DNA of 64,000 nucleotides from Terriglobia bacterium (GTDB taxonomy: Bacteria; Acidobacteriota; Polarisedimenticolia; Polarisedimenticolales; JAIQFR01): positions 1,888,001 to 1,952,000 of the forward strand of contig CAVVHE010000004.1 of assembly GCA_963748015.1 (NCBI GenBank), in the 5' to 3' direction. The position numbers and the translations under genes were made by a program. Of this stretch, positions 33,301-42,630 are shown one piece after another; within the stretch, counting starts at the first letter, position 1; every line of letters starts with the position of its first letter. The notes beneath the pieces are model-generated. The model did no database searches, had not been told where the DNA came from, and worked only from the letters and a program-made list of their open reading frames with translations.

Positions 33301-33369
33301 GGTCTGGGCCGAGGCGGCCACGCCCCACGCCAGCGCCAGGAGCGCGAGGACAAGGGAGCGAGGTCTCAC
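30319..33369 (-). CDS. TonB-dependent receptor with N-terminal carboxypeptidase-regulatory-like domain (Oar type)
   Basis: Signal peptide, VDGLDNN, AEFGRASG, YGLRYD, NNIAPRLGF, C-terminal PRTVELGLRLGY. Confidence 0.9.
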   Translation of the reverse strand: MRPRSLVLALLALAWGVAASAQTTTATLKGTVRDLAGRPASAATVRARSVSRGVERTAITDALGHFRLDLLQPGLWTLAGSLPDGSTTDSRTIALRLQETATVDLTLGKGLSEQVLVRAEAPLVDSQRTGTELRIGAAQANDLPIAGRVVTDIPLMNASVKSAPATDFTGERGAVFVVNGQSGRSNSFLVDGLDNNDRISGTSMNASFSQLAVKELVLNTGRYAAEFGRASGAIFNIVTEQGSNLETGELFVQAAPARLTSAGAFVEPLAAVSDTPDVGSRYGIGFKQGGPIREDKAFYFAAYERSRDDRVVPFVGIDRDGVPGGTILAPQKDDNLFLRTDFNLSSSQFLMVRLSADARTTDGLNVGGVATPETGFSLDEHDVQLASSLTSVLSADLINEARLLVGTSSFDEHADSSRPGVDRPFGSFGGNSLNRQLRDEDKLSLVDNLTRRLGGHTMKFGLDLTRTRTTIGTRFNPNGNLLYTTDAPYNPGMCYYPGDPNGFPMYGFASAVGDAIRNGTYPFVPCPAGTTGEPADVGTFPVFYSYIMGEPQATLWDTQVAVFAQDGWQVSPKLLIDYGLRYDVSTFELPSSARVDSTIPNGGATADRNNIAPRLGFTYTFGADRQWVVRGGGGVFYDKLVLAYPAVASIMSGTEIRLVPVQGTTLPITETTVEDPVLGPIIKQVVTMDDSPFAPDALIMRFSTGTRLDTPYTVQWSLGAERRVGSHGSVQVEATRALGYNRALMRDLNPVTAYLCVDGLTTSPDPRYIYSCEPKHERDETTGSIAAVVTDGRSWYSGLDLTWRWQGETGWYAASYTLSRSEDMGPDPLKGGIYLPPDSDSLSGERARSDADRRHRFVLSGEHGLPWLGLRASGMVQVSSSAPFNVTTGQDDNLDGITTDRPNGVSRNTGDGTPVDTVNELRARENELRQLRGQEPLTTIGAIHAPSYFQVDLKVSKPFALRGERGKGEMFLQVFNLLDRVNGGLIDGRAISPEFGAVIGLAGPPRTVELGLRLGY

Positions 33370-33381
33370 GATCGCCGCCTC

Positions 33382-35619
33382 CTACTCGCCGCGCGGACCC
33401 TCTCCTCCCGTTCCCAGGGGTACGACCAGGAAGAAGTTCAGGTCGCCGTCGGGATAGGGCGTGGAGTCGACACAAGTCCCCGAGGGGCTGTCCACCAGGG
33501 GAGCGAAGGCGCCCCTGGACTGCGGCGTCCCCGAGACGAGCACACGGTAGCCGACGAGGCATCCGGGGCCGGGATCGGCTGCGTAAGGGTTCCAGCAGAA
33601 GTGGATCCCCGTGCCCGGAGGCGCCGGCGGCACCTTGTCCAATAGCAGATTCTGGACGGGGGAAGTGGGTGTGCAGGGCGTAGCCGCCTGGACCTCGAGC
33701 GGGTAGACGAAGGCGGGATCGCCGTAGACCTGGGTCGGGTAGACCAGGCTCTCGTAGGTCGTCACGACGCCGCTCGAGGGGTCCGTGAAGTCGGAGAGAG
33801 AGGTCACGGTGAAGTAGTAGGTGTAACCCGGCTGGAGGCCGCTGACCGTCGCGGTCGTGCCGGCGAACGAAACCTGCCCGGGATTGTTGACCGAATTGAA
33901 GCCGTAGCCGCCCGATCCTCCGGAGTGCGTGTCCCAGTAGACCTTGTAGCGGCTGATCCTGTGCCTGTCGGTGCCGGGATCCCAGTCGAGCGAGACGCTG
34001 GTGGACGTCGAGCCCGTAACCGTGATCGTCCTGGGCGGGTAGAGGCCGAAGCTGACGTTGGTCATGTTCACGGTCGTGAACGAGCTGCCGTCCGCGACGG
34101 TCTGGGGCGACTGGAGGAATACGACCGAGCCGAGGTGCGGGACCTGCCACAGGTACACGAACGTCCTGACCTCGTCGGCCCGGAAGAGCGAGGAGCAGCC
34201 GCTGGTCAGGTACACGCAGAAGTCGGCGATCTGTCGGACGATGAGCGAGTTGAACGTGTGGCCGGACGGCAGCGTGACCACGCCCCCCTTCACGACCTCG
34301 GAGTACTGCCTGCCGCTGTGCGTGGAGCAGTTGCCCCCGGCCGACGAGCCCGCGACGTAGAGCTTGTCCAGGAACTGCGAGGCGCCGCAGAGCTGGTTGA
34401 AGATGTTCTGCTCGCAGTTGAAGGGGGTCCCGCCCCAGGTGTCCCCCGCCTGGAAGTACCAGCCGCCCGCGTCCTGGTGCTGGAACTGCCAGAGCGGCAC
34501 CTGCGTCCTCACCTTGCCGTTCGGATCCGTGCCGAAGTAGCAGAACCGGCTCTCTCCGGAGCCGAACGTCCCGCTCTTCCCCTCGTGCTGCGCCCCGGCC
34601 CGGATCCAGACCGTGACGTCGGTCGGCCGGTCCTCGCGGACCGCGATGTCGTTGGTCTTGTCGAGGCTCGCCGGCACGTTGAAGTTCTTGTCGGTCCGCT
34701 CGAGGGACGCGCCCGGGATGGTGTACCCGCACTGCGCGAAGTTGCAGGTCTCGGCGGAGTTCACCGGCGTGGTCGTCGCAGCGATCTCGGCCCCGCTCGT
34801 GGTCGGCGAGAAATCCCATGTGTCCGCTGCGATCAGGTTTCCCATATTGGAATAGGAGGGGGTGGTGAGCGACGAGATCGCGGTGCCGGTCCCCCGATCC
34901 CAGCCGTAGTTCATGGCTTGGTAGTTCCCCTGCCACAGCTCGTCCGCGTAGATCTTGAGGGTCGCCGCCCCGAGGAGGACCTTGTCGAGCACCGTGGCGC
35001 TCGTCACCACGAGGCGCGTCGTGCCGTCCGCCGACGCCGGCCCCGTGATTTCGGCGACGATTCCCGCCCGGGGATCCACCCAGCGATGGACGAGCGTCTC
35101 CGTCCGCGCTCCGGTTGCCCCATCGACCCGGACGAGGTGGGCGCGCTGCAGCGCCGCCTCCCGCGGGCCCGACGGCAAGTGCACCCACCCGACGCCCACC
35201 GTTTCGAGGTCGATCGAGAGCCGGTCGCTCGAGCTCCCCTTCTGCTCCTCTAGTCGCAGGGACTGCCGCGCGCCGGGCCGAAGGTCGTCCGGATATCGGT
35301 CGGGGAGCTCCCAGCGGAGGGCCGCGTCGCCCCCTGCAGGATCCACGATCGCGTGGGACGCCGCCGGGTCCAGACCGCCGGCCACGTCGCGGAGAGCGAC
35401 TCCCTTGCCGCCGTCTTCCAGCCGGCGCGTCCAGGACCGCCCGGGCGCCACGCCGGTCAGGTCCCAGCGAGTCCGCCCCTCCGGACGGGCCATCTCCGGC
35501 GGGATCCCCTTCCCCGGGTCCACCTCGAAGAGCGTGACTTCCCTCGCTCCGGCCGACGCGATCGTCACGCCCAGCAGCAGCGACGCAAAACCCGCCAGAA
35601 GGCTCCGCCTGCGGCTCAT
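33382..35619 (-). CDS. Secreted Cys-containing beta-rich protein with fibronectin type III domain(s)
   Basis: Signal peptide; SVSLDW..YKVYW..TVSGLQPGYTYYFTVT FN3 signature. Confidence 0.8.
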   Translation of the reverse strand: MSRRRSLLAGFASLLLGVTIASAGAREVTLFEVDPGKGIPPEMARPEGRTRWDLTGVAPGRSWTRRLEDGGKGVALRDVAGGLDPAASHAIVDPAGGDAALRWELPDRYPDDLRPGARQSLRLEEQKGSSSDRLSIDLETVGVGWVHLPSGPREAALQRAHLVRVDGATGARTETLVHRWVDPRAGIVAEITGPASADGTTRLVVTSATVLDKVLLGAATLKIYADELWQGNYQAMNYGWDRGTGTAISSLTTPSYSNMGNLIAADTWDFSPTTSGAEIAATTTPVNSAETCNFAQCGYTIPGASLERTDKNFNVPASLDKTNDIAVREDRPTDVTVWIRAGAQHEGKSGTFGSGESRFCYFGTDPNGKVRTQVPLWQFQHQDAGGWYFQAGDTWGGTPFNCEQNIFNQLCGASQFLDKLYVAGSSAGGNCSTHSGRQYSEVVKGGVVTLPSGHTFNSLIVRQIADFCVYLTSGCSSLFRADEVRTFVYLWQVPHLGSVVFLQSPQTVADGSSFTTVNMTNVSFGLYPPRTITVTGSTSTSVSLDWDPGTDRHRISRYKVYWDTHSGGSGGYGFNSVNNPGQVSFAGTTATVSGLQPGYTYYFTVTSLSDFTDPSSGVVTTYESLVYPTQVYGDPAFVYPLEVQAATPCTPTSPVQNLLLDKVPPAPPGTGIHFCWNPYAADPGPGCLVGYRVLVSGTPQSRGAFAPLVDSPSGTCVDSTPYPDGDLNFFLVVPLGTGGEGPRGE

Positions 35620-35713
35620 CAAACTTCTCCCTTCGGGGCCGGACGGCCCCCGCCTCCCCCCTCGCCCGGTCCAGTTCTACCCCAGGGCGGCGGTTTGGGC
35701 AATCCCGCCTCGC

Positions 35714-36511
35714 TCAGCGCTCCGGTGCCGGCGCCCTCTCGGCTTCCGAAAGCCACTCCCGCGCGTCGGGGTCGCCGGCGGCCGCCCGGGCCCGGGCGAG
35801 CTCGAGGGCGCGGGCCGACACGCCCCGTCCTTCCTCGTCGCTCCCGGTCGCCGAGAGCGCCTCGGCCAGGGCCATGAGATTCGGCGGGTAGTCCCCCTCG
35901 ATCGCGACCGCCCGGCGCGCGTGCTCGAGCCCCTTGTCGGCATCGCCCGGGCCGGTCGGCCACCCCGGGGCGCGCACGAGGAGGAGGGCGAGCGCCCGGT
36001 CCGGCCCCGCGTGGTCCAGGGCCGGCGCCGCCGTCGCCGCGCGCTCGAACGCCTCGACCATCTTCGGGAGCGCGGAGAGGGCGGTGGATGGCCGCTCGCG
36101 GGCCTGGACCCCGAGGGCGACCCCGAGCCAGTAGGAGCAGGCCGGGTCCTCGGGCGCGATCCTCCCGCACCACTGGACCGTCTCGACCGCCGCCTCGGCC
36201 GCCGCGATGCGCGACGGCGAGTCGCTCTCGTGATCCGCCAGCCACACCCTCGCCCGCACCGTCCCGAGCACGCCGTCCACTCGCGATCGGTCCGCCGCGG
36301 CCGCTCGAGCCCAGAGGTCCGCCGCCCCCCGCACCGATGGGACGTCCCGCCGGGCGTAGAGCGCCTCCGCTTTCGCGAGGAGATCGCCGGAGAGGTCCGC
36401 GGGCGCCGCGGCCGCTCCCGCGATCGCGTCGAGCGGCCGCGGCTCCCGGAGCGCCGGGGCGCAGCCGGCCAGCGCCGGGCCCAGCACCAGCAGGGGCAGG
36501 AGCCTCCTCAC
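35714..36511 (-). CDS. TPR lipoprotein, TatT/BstC-like
   Basis: Lipobox LAGC; CSYWLGVALG, GPDRALALL..APGWP..GD..K.LEH motif. Confidence 0.75.
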   Translation of the reverse strand: MRRLLPLLVLGPALAGCAPALREPRPLDAIAGAAAAPADLSGDLLAKAEALYARRDVPSVRGAADLWARAAAADRSRVDGVLGTVRARVWLADHESDSPSRIAAAEAAVETVQWCGRIAPEDPACSYWLGVALGVQARERPSTALSALPKMVEAFERAATAAPALDHAGPDRALALLLVRAPGWPTGPGDADKGLEHARRAVAIEGDYPPNLMALAEALSATGSDEEGRGVSARALELARARAAAGDPDAREWLSEAERAPAPER

Positions 36512-37359
36512 TTCGGAGATTCCGCCTCAGCGGCGAAGGCCTTGCGGGCCGCCTCGATCGCGCCGGTGTCGGCCCGCTCGAAGCGGACCATCTGCATGGT
36601 TTTCAGCACCTCCTCCCCCTCCGGCTTCTCGTGGAGGGAGGGAAGCGCCTTCAGCAGCGCCTCGAGGTCGGGCCCTTTCCCGCGGTCACCGACCGAGCAC
36701 AGGAGCGTTCCCGGGAGCGGCTTCGAGCGGTGCGCGGTCTCGAGCTCGGCGGCGAACGGCAGAGAGGCGAGCGCCGCGGACTGCGCGGCGTCGAGGAGAA
36801 CGGCGACGTTCTCCCCGGCCGCGGCGCGCCGCAGGGCCGACAGGATCGCCGGGGTGAACTTCACGACCGCGGACGGCGGGAGAGCGCCCCACGCGCCGAG
36901 CACCGGGCCGCGTACGAAGGCGGGAGCGTAGCCAGGAGACCCGGAGATCTCCCACCCCGCGAGCGACGCAGGGGACTTCACCATCCCCTTCTTCGCGACG
37001 AGGCTCCACGTCTCGGTCGCGCCGGAAGCCCTCACGACCTGGAGCCGGGGCACGAGCTTCAGGGTCTGCGCCTGCTGGAGATAGAAAGGGAGGGGGACGA
37101 GGGCGAGCGCGGCGTCGTCCTGCGCGAGGCGCGCGAGGCCGGGCTCCATTTTCTCGTGGTAGACCGCCGTGAGGCTTCCGGCGGGCCAGCCGGCGGCGCG
37201 CTCGGCGGCCGCGGCGAACGCGTCCATGACGGGCTTCGCCTGGGCGGTCGTGCCGGGGTATCCCGGTGCGCAGATCACCAGGACCCGCGGAGCGGCGGCT
37301 CCCGCGAGCGCTAGCGGGTGCAGGATCAGGACGAGGGCGAGCAGGCGCCTTTCGATCAT
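36508..37359 (-). CDS. PhnD-like periplasmic substrate-binding protein, BstB-like
   Basis: Signal peptide; VICAPGYPGTT..MDAF; two-lobed SBP pattern; GTGA overlap with the downstream lipoprotein gene. Confidence 0.7.
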   Translation of the reverse strand: MIERRLLALVLILHPLALAGAAAPRVLVICAPGYPGTTAQAKPVMDAFAAAAERAAGWPAGSLTAVYHEKMEPGLARLAQDDAALALVPLPFYLQQAQTLKLVPRLQVVRASGATETWSLVAKKGMVKSPASLAGWEISGSPGYAPAFVRGPVLGAWGALPPSAVVKFTPAILSALRRAAAGENVAVLLDAAQSAALASLPFAAELETAHRSKPLPGTLLCSVGDRGKGPDLEALLKALPSLHEKPEGEEVLKTMQMVRFERADTGAIEAARKAFAAEAESPK

Positions 37360-37366
37360 GGCCGGA

Positions 37367-39694
37367 CTACTCCGCCGCGGGCGCCGGGGAGCCGGCGTCC
37401 GGCTTGTGGCGGCCGAGGATCCACAGCGCGGCCGGGAGCGCGGTGAAGTCGGCCACCATGGACAGCACGAAGGCGAGCGCCGAGAGGATTCCGAGTTGCC
37501 GCATCGGAGGGAGGTCGGACAGCGCGAAGGCGAGGAACCCTCCCGCGTTGATGAGCGTGGCGAAGAAGATCGCCCGTCCCGAGATGAGGAGCGTGTGCCG
37601 CAGCCCCGCCTCGACGCTGCCCTTCTTCCGCGCCTCGAGGAAGTGGTAGAAGAAGTGGATCTGGTCGTTCTCCGACGTGCCGAGGACCGTCGAGGCGATG
37701 AGGATCGTCGCGACGTTCAGCCCGATCCCGGCGAGGCGCATGAACCCGAACATCGCCAGGATCGCGAACAGCGACGGGATCATCGCCATGAGGCGCGCCG
37801 GGCCGCTCCGGAACAGCACGACGAAGGTGACGAAGATGATCCCGGCCGTCAGCAGGAAGCTGTCCACCAGGGTCGGCACGAGGTGGTACGCGATCTTCGC
37901 CTGGAGCCGCTCGGTGCCCAGGGTCGAGACGCGGAACGGGCGCAGGGCCGGATCTCGGGCGGTCGCGTCGTCCCACAGCGCGGCGATCCTCTGGTCGAGC
38001 TCGAGGAACTCCTCGTAGCGGTCGACCCGGCTGAGCACCGTGACGTGCGTCTGCGACAGCGTCCCGACGTCCACGAACGAGCGGAGCGCAGGCTCCTGGA
38101 ACAGGAGGTTCTCGAGCTGGGCCGCCGCGTCCTCGAGCCCCGCCCGGTCCTCCGGCAGGCGGTCGCCGAACCCGGAGACGTACTGCATCAGCCTGAGGAC
38201 GGTGGTCGGTCCGACGGCGGACCCCACCTTCCGGTCGGCCTCGAGCGCTCGCGTGAACCGGTCGATGCCGAGGAGCACCTCGGGCAGGACGACCGACCCG
38301 GGCGGCCCCACGAGCCAGACCTCCGTCACCGAGAGGCTCGGGAGGAGATGCTGGATCCTCCGCGTGTCCTGAGCGAGACGGGTGCCGGGATCCATGTACT
38401 CGAGGGCGTCGGACTCGAGGCTCATCGGCGCGACCACACCGGGGAGGCCGAACAGGGCGACGGCGCCGAGCGCGCAGAACGCGAGCGACAGGGGCACCAT
38501 CACCCAGCGCCAGCGGTAGGTGAACGCCGGGAGCCGCTCCGCGAGCGCGACGAACCAAGTCCCGCCGCGGACCTTCCGCTCCTGCTGGGTCGGCGTCCTC
38601 AGGATCCGCTGGACGGCCGGGAAGAGCGTGAAGACCACCACCCACGTGATGGCGACCCCCGCCGCGACCCAAATCCCCATCTCGCGGATGGGGCGGATGT
38701 GCGAGACCGAGAGGGCGGCGAAGCCCACCGCGGTGGCGAAGAGCGACGCGGTGCACGGGAGGAACTTGTTCGCGAGGGTGTGCTCCTGGTGCTCCTCGAA
38801 GGAGCAGCCCTCCGGGTGCTCCACGAACCGCGAGTGGATGTAGACGAGCGTCGCGGTGCAGGTCACCAGCACGGTCATCGGGACCAGCGACGAGACGATC
38901 GTGATCACGTCCCCCGACATTCCCGCGTAGCCGACGGTGAGGGCCAGGCTGGCGGCGATCGTGACGAGGAACGCGAGGAGCGCCCGGAACGACCGGTAGA
39001 GGAAGAGAATCAGGCCGACGACGAACGCGCCGAAGAGCGGGAACGACCGGAGCGCGGCATTTCGCGTCGCGTCCTCGAAGTACGAGTTGATGTAGGGCGC
39101 TCCGGTCTTGCGAAGCGCCGCGAGCGGCTTGGGATCCATCAGGGTGGGATCCACGACCCGGTCCACGGCGTCCAGAACGGCGTGGCGCTCCTCCGGCGTC
39201 CTCGCGTCCAGCGAGAGGACGATCGAGAGGAAGCGCTCCCCCACCAGCCCCTGCCGGGCGAACAGGTCCGTGTCGGTGGCGAATTTCCGGAACGCCTCGC
39301 TGCGCTCGGGAGTCGGCTCGAAGCCGCCCTGGGTCCGGCGGAAGATCGTGAGGACCGACTCCACCCCCAGGCCCTGGATCTCGCCGAGACGCCGCTCGAT
39401 GTCGTCGAGACGCTTCAGGACGGCGGGAGCGTACGGGTTGGCGGCCTCGGCGACGAGGATCGCCGTCTCGGCGCGGCCGAACACCTTGGCGAAGGCCTGG
39501 GTCGCGACGTAGTCCGGGTCGGTCCGGACCACGAGGCGCTCGACCGAATCGTCCTGCCCCACCCGGAGGGCGAACCAGATCCCCGGCACCAGCAGGAGAG
39601 CGTAGAACCCGACGACCCACCATCGCCTCGCGATGACGAAGCGGAAGATCCGCTGCAGCGCGAGCGGCCCTTCGAGGCTCCCTCCTGGCGTCAA
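37367..39694 (-). CDS. MMPL/RND-family lipid transporter, BstA-like
   Basis: Two-repeat RND topology; LFLYRSFR, ATAVGFAAL, GTSENDQIHF, GRAIFFATLINAGGF. Confidence 0.85.
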   Translation of the reverse strand: MTPGGSLEGPLALQRIFRFVIARRWWVVGFYALLLVPGIWFALRVGQDDSVERLVVRTDPDYVATQAFAKVFGRAETAILVAEAANPYAPAVLKRLDDIERRLGEIQGLGVESVLTIFRRTQGGFEPTPERSEAFRKFATDTDLFARQGLVGERFLSIVLSLDARTPEERHAVLDAVDRVVDPTLMDPKPLAALRKTGAPYINSYFEDATRNAALRSFPLFGAFVVGLILFLYRSFRALLAFLVTIAASLALTVGYAGMSGDVITIVSSLVPMTVLVTCTATLVYIHSRFVEHPEGCSFEEHQEHTLANKFLPCTASLFATAVGFAALSVSHIRPIREMGIWVAAGVAITWVVVFTLFPAVQRILRTPTQQERKVRGGTWFVALAERLPAFTYRWRWVMVPLSLAFCALGAVALFGLPGVVAPMSLESDALEYMDPGTRLAQDTRRIQHLLPSLSVTEVWLVGPPGSVVLPEVLLGIDRFTRALEADRKVGSAVGPTTVLRLMQYVSGFGDRLPEDRAGLEDAAAQLENLLFQEPALRSFVDVGTLSQTHVTVLSRVDRYEEFLELDQRIAALWDDATARDPALRPFRVSTLGTERLQAKIAYHLVPTLVDSFLLTAGIIFVTFVVLFRSGPARLMAMIPSLFAILAMFGFMRLAGIGLNVATILIASTVLGTSENDQIHFFYHFLEARKKGSVEAGLRHTLLISGRAIFFATLINAGGFLAFALSDLPPMRQLGILSALAFVLSMVADFTALPAALWILGRHKPDAGSPAPAAE

Positions 39695-39808
39695 CGAACG
39701 GCCCTCTTCTCGATCCGGCGGCCCGCCCCGGCGGGGAGCGCCTCGTCGACGGAAGACTCAGGATAGCGCGCCGGCCCCGGGCTCGCCGCGCTCGAGCCTA
39801 GGAGCCCG

Positions 39809-40618
39809 TCACTCCAGCTTCAGCTTCGACACGTCGAACGACGGCTCGGGGAACTTCATGCGGAACGACTCGAGCGTCTCCACGATGATCTGCGAGACGG
39901 CGAGGTTCCGGAACCACTTCCGGTCCGACGGGATCACGAACCACGGCGCCCAGGGGGTGGAGCAGCGGCTCATGGCCTCCTCGTAGGCGCGCTGGTAGGC
40001 GCCCCAGAACTTGCGCTCCTCGAAGTCGGCCGGCGAGAGCTTCCAGTGCCGCGTCGCGTCCTCGAGCCTCGCCTCGAACCGGCGCTTCTGCTCCTCCGGC
40101 GAGATGTGGAGGAAAAACTTGAGGATCGCCGTCCCCTCGTCGGCGAGCATCCGCTCGAAGGCGTTGATCTGGTCGAACCGCTTTTCCCATACCCGCTTCG
40201 GGACGAGGTCGTGCACCCTCACCACCAGCACGTCCTCGTAGTGCGAGCGGTTGAAGATCCCGATCTCGCCCCGGCGCGGAGCCTCCTTGTGGATCCGCCA
40301 GAGGTAATCGTGGTCCAGCTCCTCCTTGGAAGGAGCCTTGAACGGAGTGACCTGGCACCCCTGCGGGTTCAAGCCGGTCATGACGTGGCGGATCACTCCG
40401 TCCTTCCCGGCGGCGTCCATCGCCTGCAGGACGATCAGGAGCGAGCGCCGGTCCTCGGCGTACATCAGGTACTGGAGCTCCGCGAGGCGCTTCAAGTTCT
40501 TCTCGAGGCGCGGCTGCGCCGCCGACTTGTCGTCGACCCCGGCGGTCTCCGACGTGTCGATGCGCGAGAGACGCACCTTTCCGCCGGGCTTCACCATCAA
40601 CTTCTCGACGAGCCTCAT
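39809..40618 (-). CDS. ppk2: Polyphosphate kinase 2 family protein
   Basis: QAMDAAGKDG, FKAPS, FNRSHYEDVL, KFFLHIS, APWFVIPSD. Confidence 0.93.
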   Translation of the reverse strand: MRLVEKLMVKPGGKVRLSRIDTSETAGVDDKSAAQPRLEKNLKRLAELQYLMYAEDRRSLLIVLQAMDAAGKDGVIRHVMTGLNPQGCQVTPFKAPSKEELDHDYLWRIHKEAPRRGEIGIFNRSHYEDVLVVRVHDLVPKRVWEKRFDQINAFERMLADEGTAILKFFLHISPEEQKRRFEARLEDATRHWKLSPADFEERKFWGAYQRAYEEAMSRCSTPWAPWFVIPSDRKWFRNLAVSQIIVETLESFRMKFPEPSFDVSKLKLE

Positions 40619-40762
40619 GTCGCGACCCTCCTTCCCGCACGGCCCCGGAGCGAGCCGTCCGCCGGGATGATGCCCGTTCTGGTCCGGGCTGGGAAGGGGC
40701 CGCCGGCCGCGCCCCAACGGGGGTAGACTCGCGGCGAGACTTCCCGAGCGGAGGGAATCGCC

Positions 40763-42295
40763 ATGATCGAGCTCTCGGCCCTGCTCCCCGTTCTCGCCGC
40801 CGCCCTCGGCTTCAAGGGCCCCGAGGCGCCGGGGAAGACGATCGGCCCGGCGGTCGCCGGCACCTGGTATCCGGCCCACCCCGACGCGCTCCGACGGGAG
40901 GTGGACGCGATGCTCGATCGCGCGGCCGCTCCCCCGCGAGGGAATGCGGGAAACGTGGTCGCGCTGATCGAGCCCCACGCCGGCTACGTGTACTCGGGCG
41001 AGACGGCGGCGCAAGGGTTCCGACGGCTGCGCGGGGCGCGCTACGACCTCGTGCTGCTGCTCGGGCCGAGCCATTACGCCTGGTTCCGAGGCGGAGCGCT
41101 TCCCGACGCCGCGGCCCTGAGAACGCCTCTCGGCGACGTGCCGATCGACCGCGAGGCCGTTGGCGCGTTGCGGGACCGGCCGGGCTTCAAGGTCATGGCG
41201 CCGGCGTTCGATCGGGAGCACTGTCTCGAGGCGGAGGTCCCGTTCCTGCAGCGCGCCCTCGAGCCCGGCTGGCGCGCGCTTCCCGTCCTGGTGGGGTCCG
41301 GAACCGCCGGCGAGGAGGCGCAGAAAGTGGCCGACGGGCTGCGTCCGCTGCTCGGCCCGGGAACGCTCGTGGTCGTCTCGTCGGACTTCACGCACTACGG
41401 CTCGGGGTTCGGGTACGTCCCGTTCAAGGAAAGCGTTCCCGAGAGGCTCCGGGAGCTGGATCTCGGGGCCGCGCGCCTGATCGAGGCCCGCGACGTCGCC
41501 GGCTTCGAGAGCTACCTCGACCGGACCGGCGCGACGATCTGCGGGCGCGACGCGATCGACGTCCTCCTCAGGCTCTTGCCGCCGGATGCGAAAGCCTCCC
41601 TCGTGGCCTACGACACCTCGGGAAGGATGACGGGCGATTTCGGGCACAGCGTGTCTTACGCGACAATGGTGTTCGAGGGGCCCGCCGCCGCGCGGCCCGC
41701 AGCGAAGAAGGAGGAAGCTCGACCGGGGCTGACCGACCCCGAGAAGACGACCCTCCTGGCCCTGGCGCGCGCCGCGGTCCGCGACGCGATCCTGAAGGAC
41801 GGCTCGCTGGCCAAGGTCCTCGCGTCCGCCGAGATCACCCCGGCCCTGAAGGAAGACCGCGGCGCCTTCGTCACGTTGAAGGAGCCCGCCGGGAGCCCCC
41901 GCGAACCGCTGGAGCTGCGCGGGTGCATCGGAACCATCGTGCCGCACGAGCCGCTCCACCGGAGCGTGATCCACAACGCGGTCGAGGCGGCGCTCCGCGA
42001 CCCGCGTTTCCCGCCGGTCGGGCGGGAAGAGCTCGACATCCTGGCGATCTCCGTCTCGGCCCTGACCCCGATCCGCCCCGTGGACGGCCCCGAGGCGATC
42101 GTGATCGGCCGCGACGGCGTCCTTCTCGAGAAAGGCGGGCACAAGGCGGTGTTCCTCCCGCAGGTCGCCCCCGAGCAGGGCTGGAACGTCCCCCAGCTCC
42201 TGGAGCACCTCGCGATGAAAGCCGGGCTCAACCGGGACGGCTGGAAGGGTGGCAAGCTCTCCGTCTTCCAGGCCGAGGTGTTCGGGAAGGAGTGA
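40763..42295 (+). CDS. AmmeMemoRadiSam protein B (Memo) fused to protein A (AMMECR1)
   Basis: PAVAGTWYP, PHAGYVYSG, GPSH, EHCLE, SSDFTHYG, TICG; then GAFVTL..LRGCIG, DPRF, FLPQVA. Confidence 0.9.
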   Translation: MIELSALLPVLAAALGFKGPEAPGKTIGPAVAGTWYPAHPDALRREVDAMLDRAAAPPRGNAGNVVALIEPHAGYVYSGETAAQGFRRLRGARYDLVLLLGPSHYAWFRGGALPDAAALRTPLGDVPIDREAVGALRDRPGFKVMAPAFDREHCLEAEVPFLQRALEPGWRALPVLVGSGTAGEEAQKVADGLRPLLGPGTLVVVSSDFTHYGSGFGYVPFKESVPERLRELDLGAARLIEARDVAGFESYLDRTGATICGRDAIDVLLRLLPPDAKASLVAYDTSGRMTGDFGHSVSYATMVFEGPAAARPAAKKEEARPGLTDPEKTTLLALARAAVRDAILKDGSLAKVLASAEITPALKEDRGAFVTLKEPAGSPREPLELRGCIGTIVPHEPLHRSVIHNAVEAALRDPRFPPVGREELDILAISVSALTPIRPVDGPEAIVIGRDGVLLEKGGHKAVFLPQVAPEQGWNVPQLLEHLAMKAGLNRDGWKGGKLSVFQAEVFGKE

Positions 42296-42342
42296 ATGAC
42301 GGTCGGTGGCGCTCTCGAGTCCGGGGGGGTTGGTTGAAGGTC

Positions 42343-42422
42343 GGCGGCTCGTTGGATTCCGGGTGCGTCCCGCCTCCCAGAAAAGGTCGGCTACGGACGC
42401 ACCCGGAATCCAACGAGCCGCC
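42343..42422. repeat. GTAG-core palindromic repeat, copy C (core on the minus strand)
   Basis: Perfect 28-bp arms around the reverse complement of GTAGCCGACCTTTTCTGGGAGGCG. Confidence 0.85.
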
Positions 42423-42478
42423 TCGCGCCTTGGCTCCGCCGCTGGATTCGAAGCCCAAACGACCCCTCCAGGTCCACG

Positions 42479-42558
42479 CGCGGGCCGCCGGAGGTCGAGC
42501 ATGTCCGTAGCCGACCTTTTCTGGGAGGCGGGACATGCTCGACCTCCGGCGGTCCGCG
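42479..42558. repeat. GTAG-core palindromic repeat, copy B
   Basis: 28-bp arms (1 mismatch) around GTAGCCGACCTTTTCTGGGAGGCG. Confidence 0.85.
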
Positions 42559-42630
42559 CTGCAGCGAGGGCGGTGGTGGCTCGGAGACGAAATAGGATAT
42601 ATTGAGTCCTCTTTCGAGGGAGACACCGGG

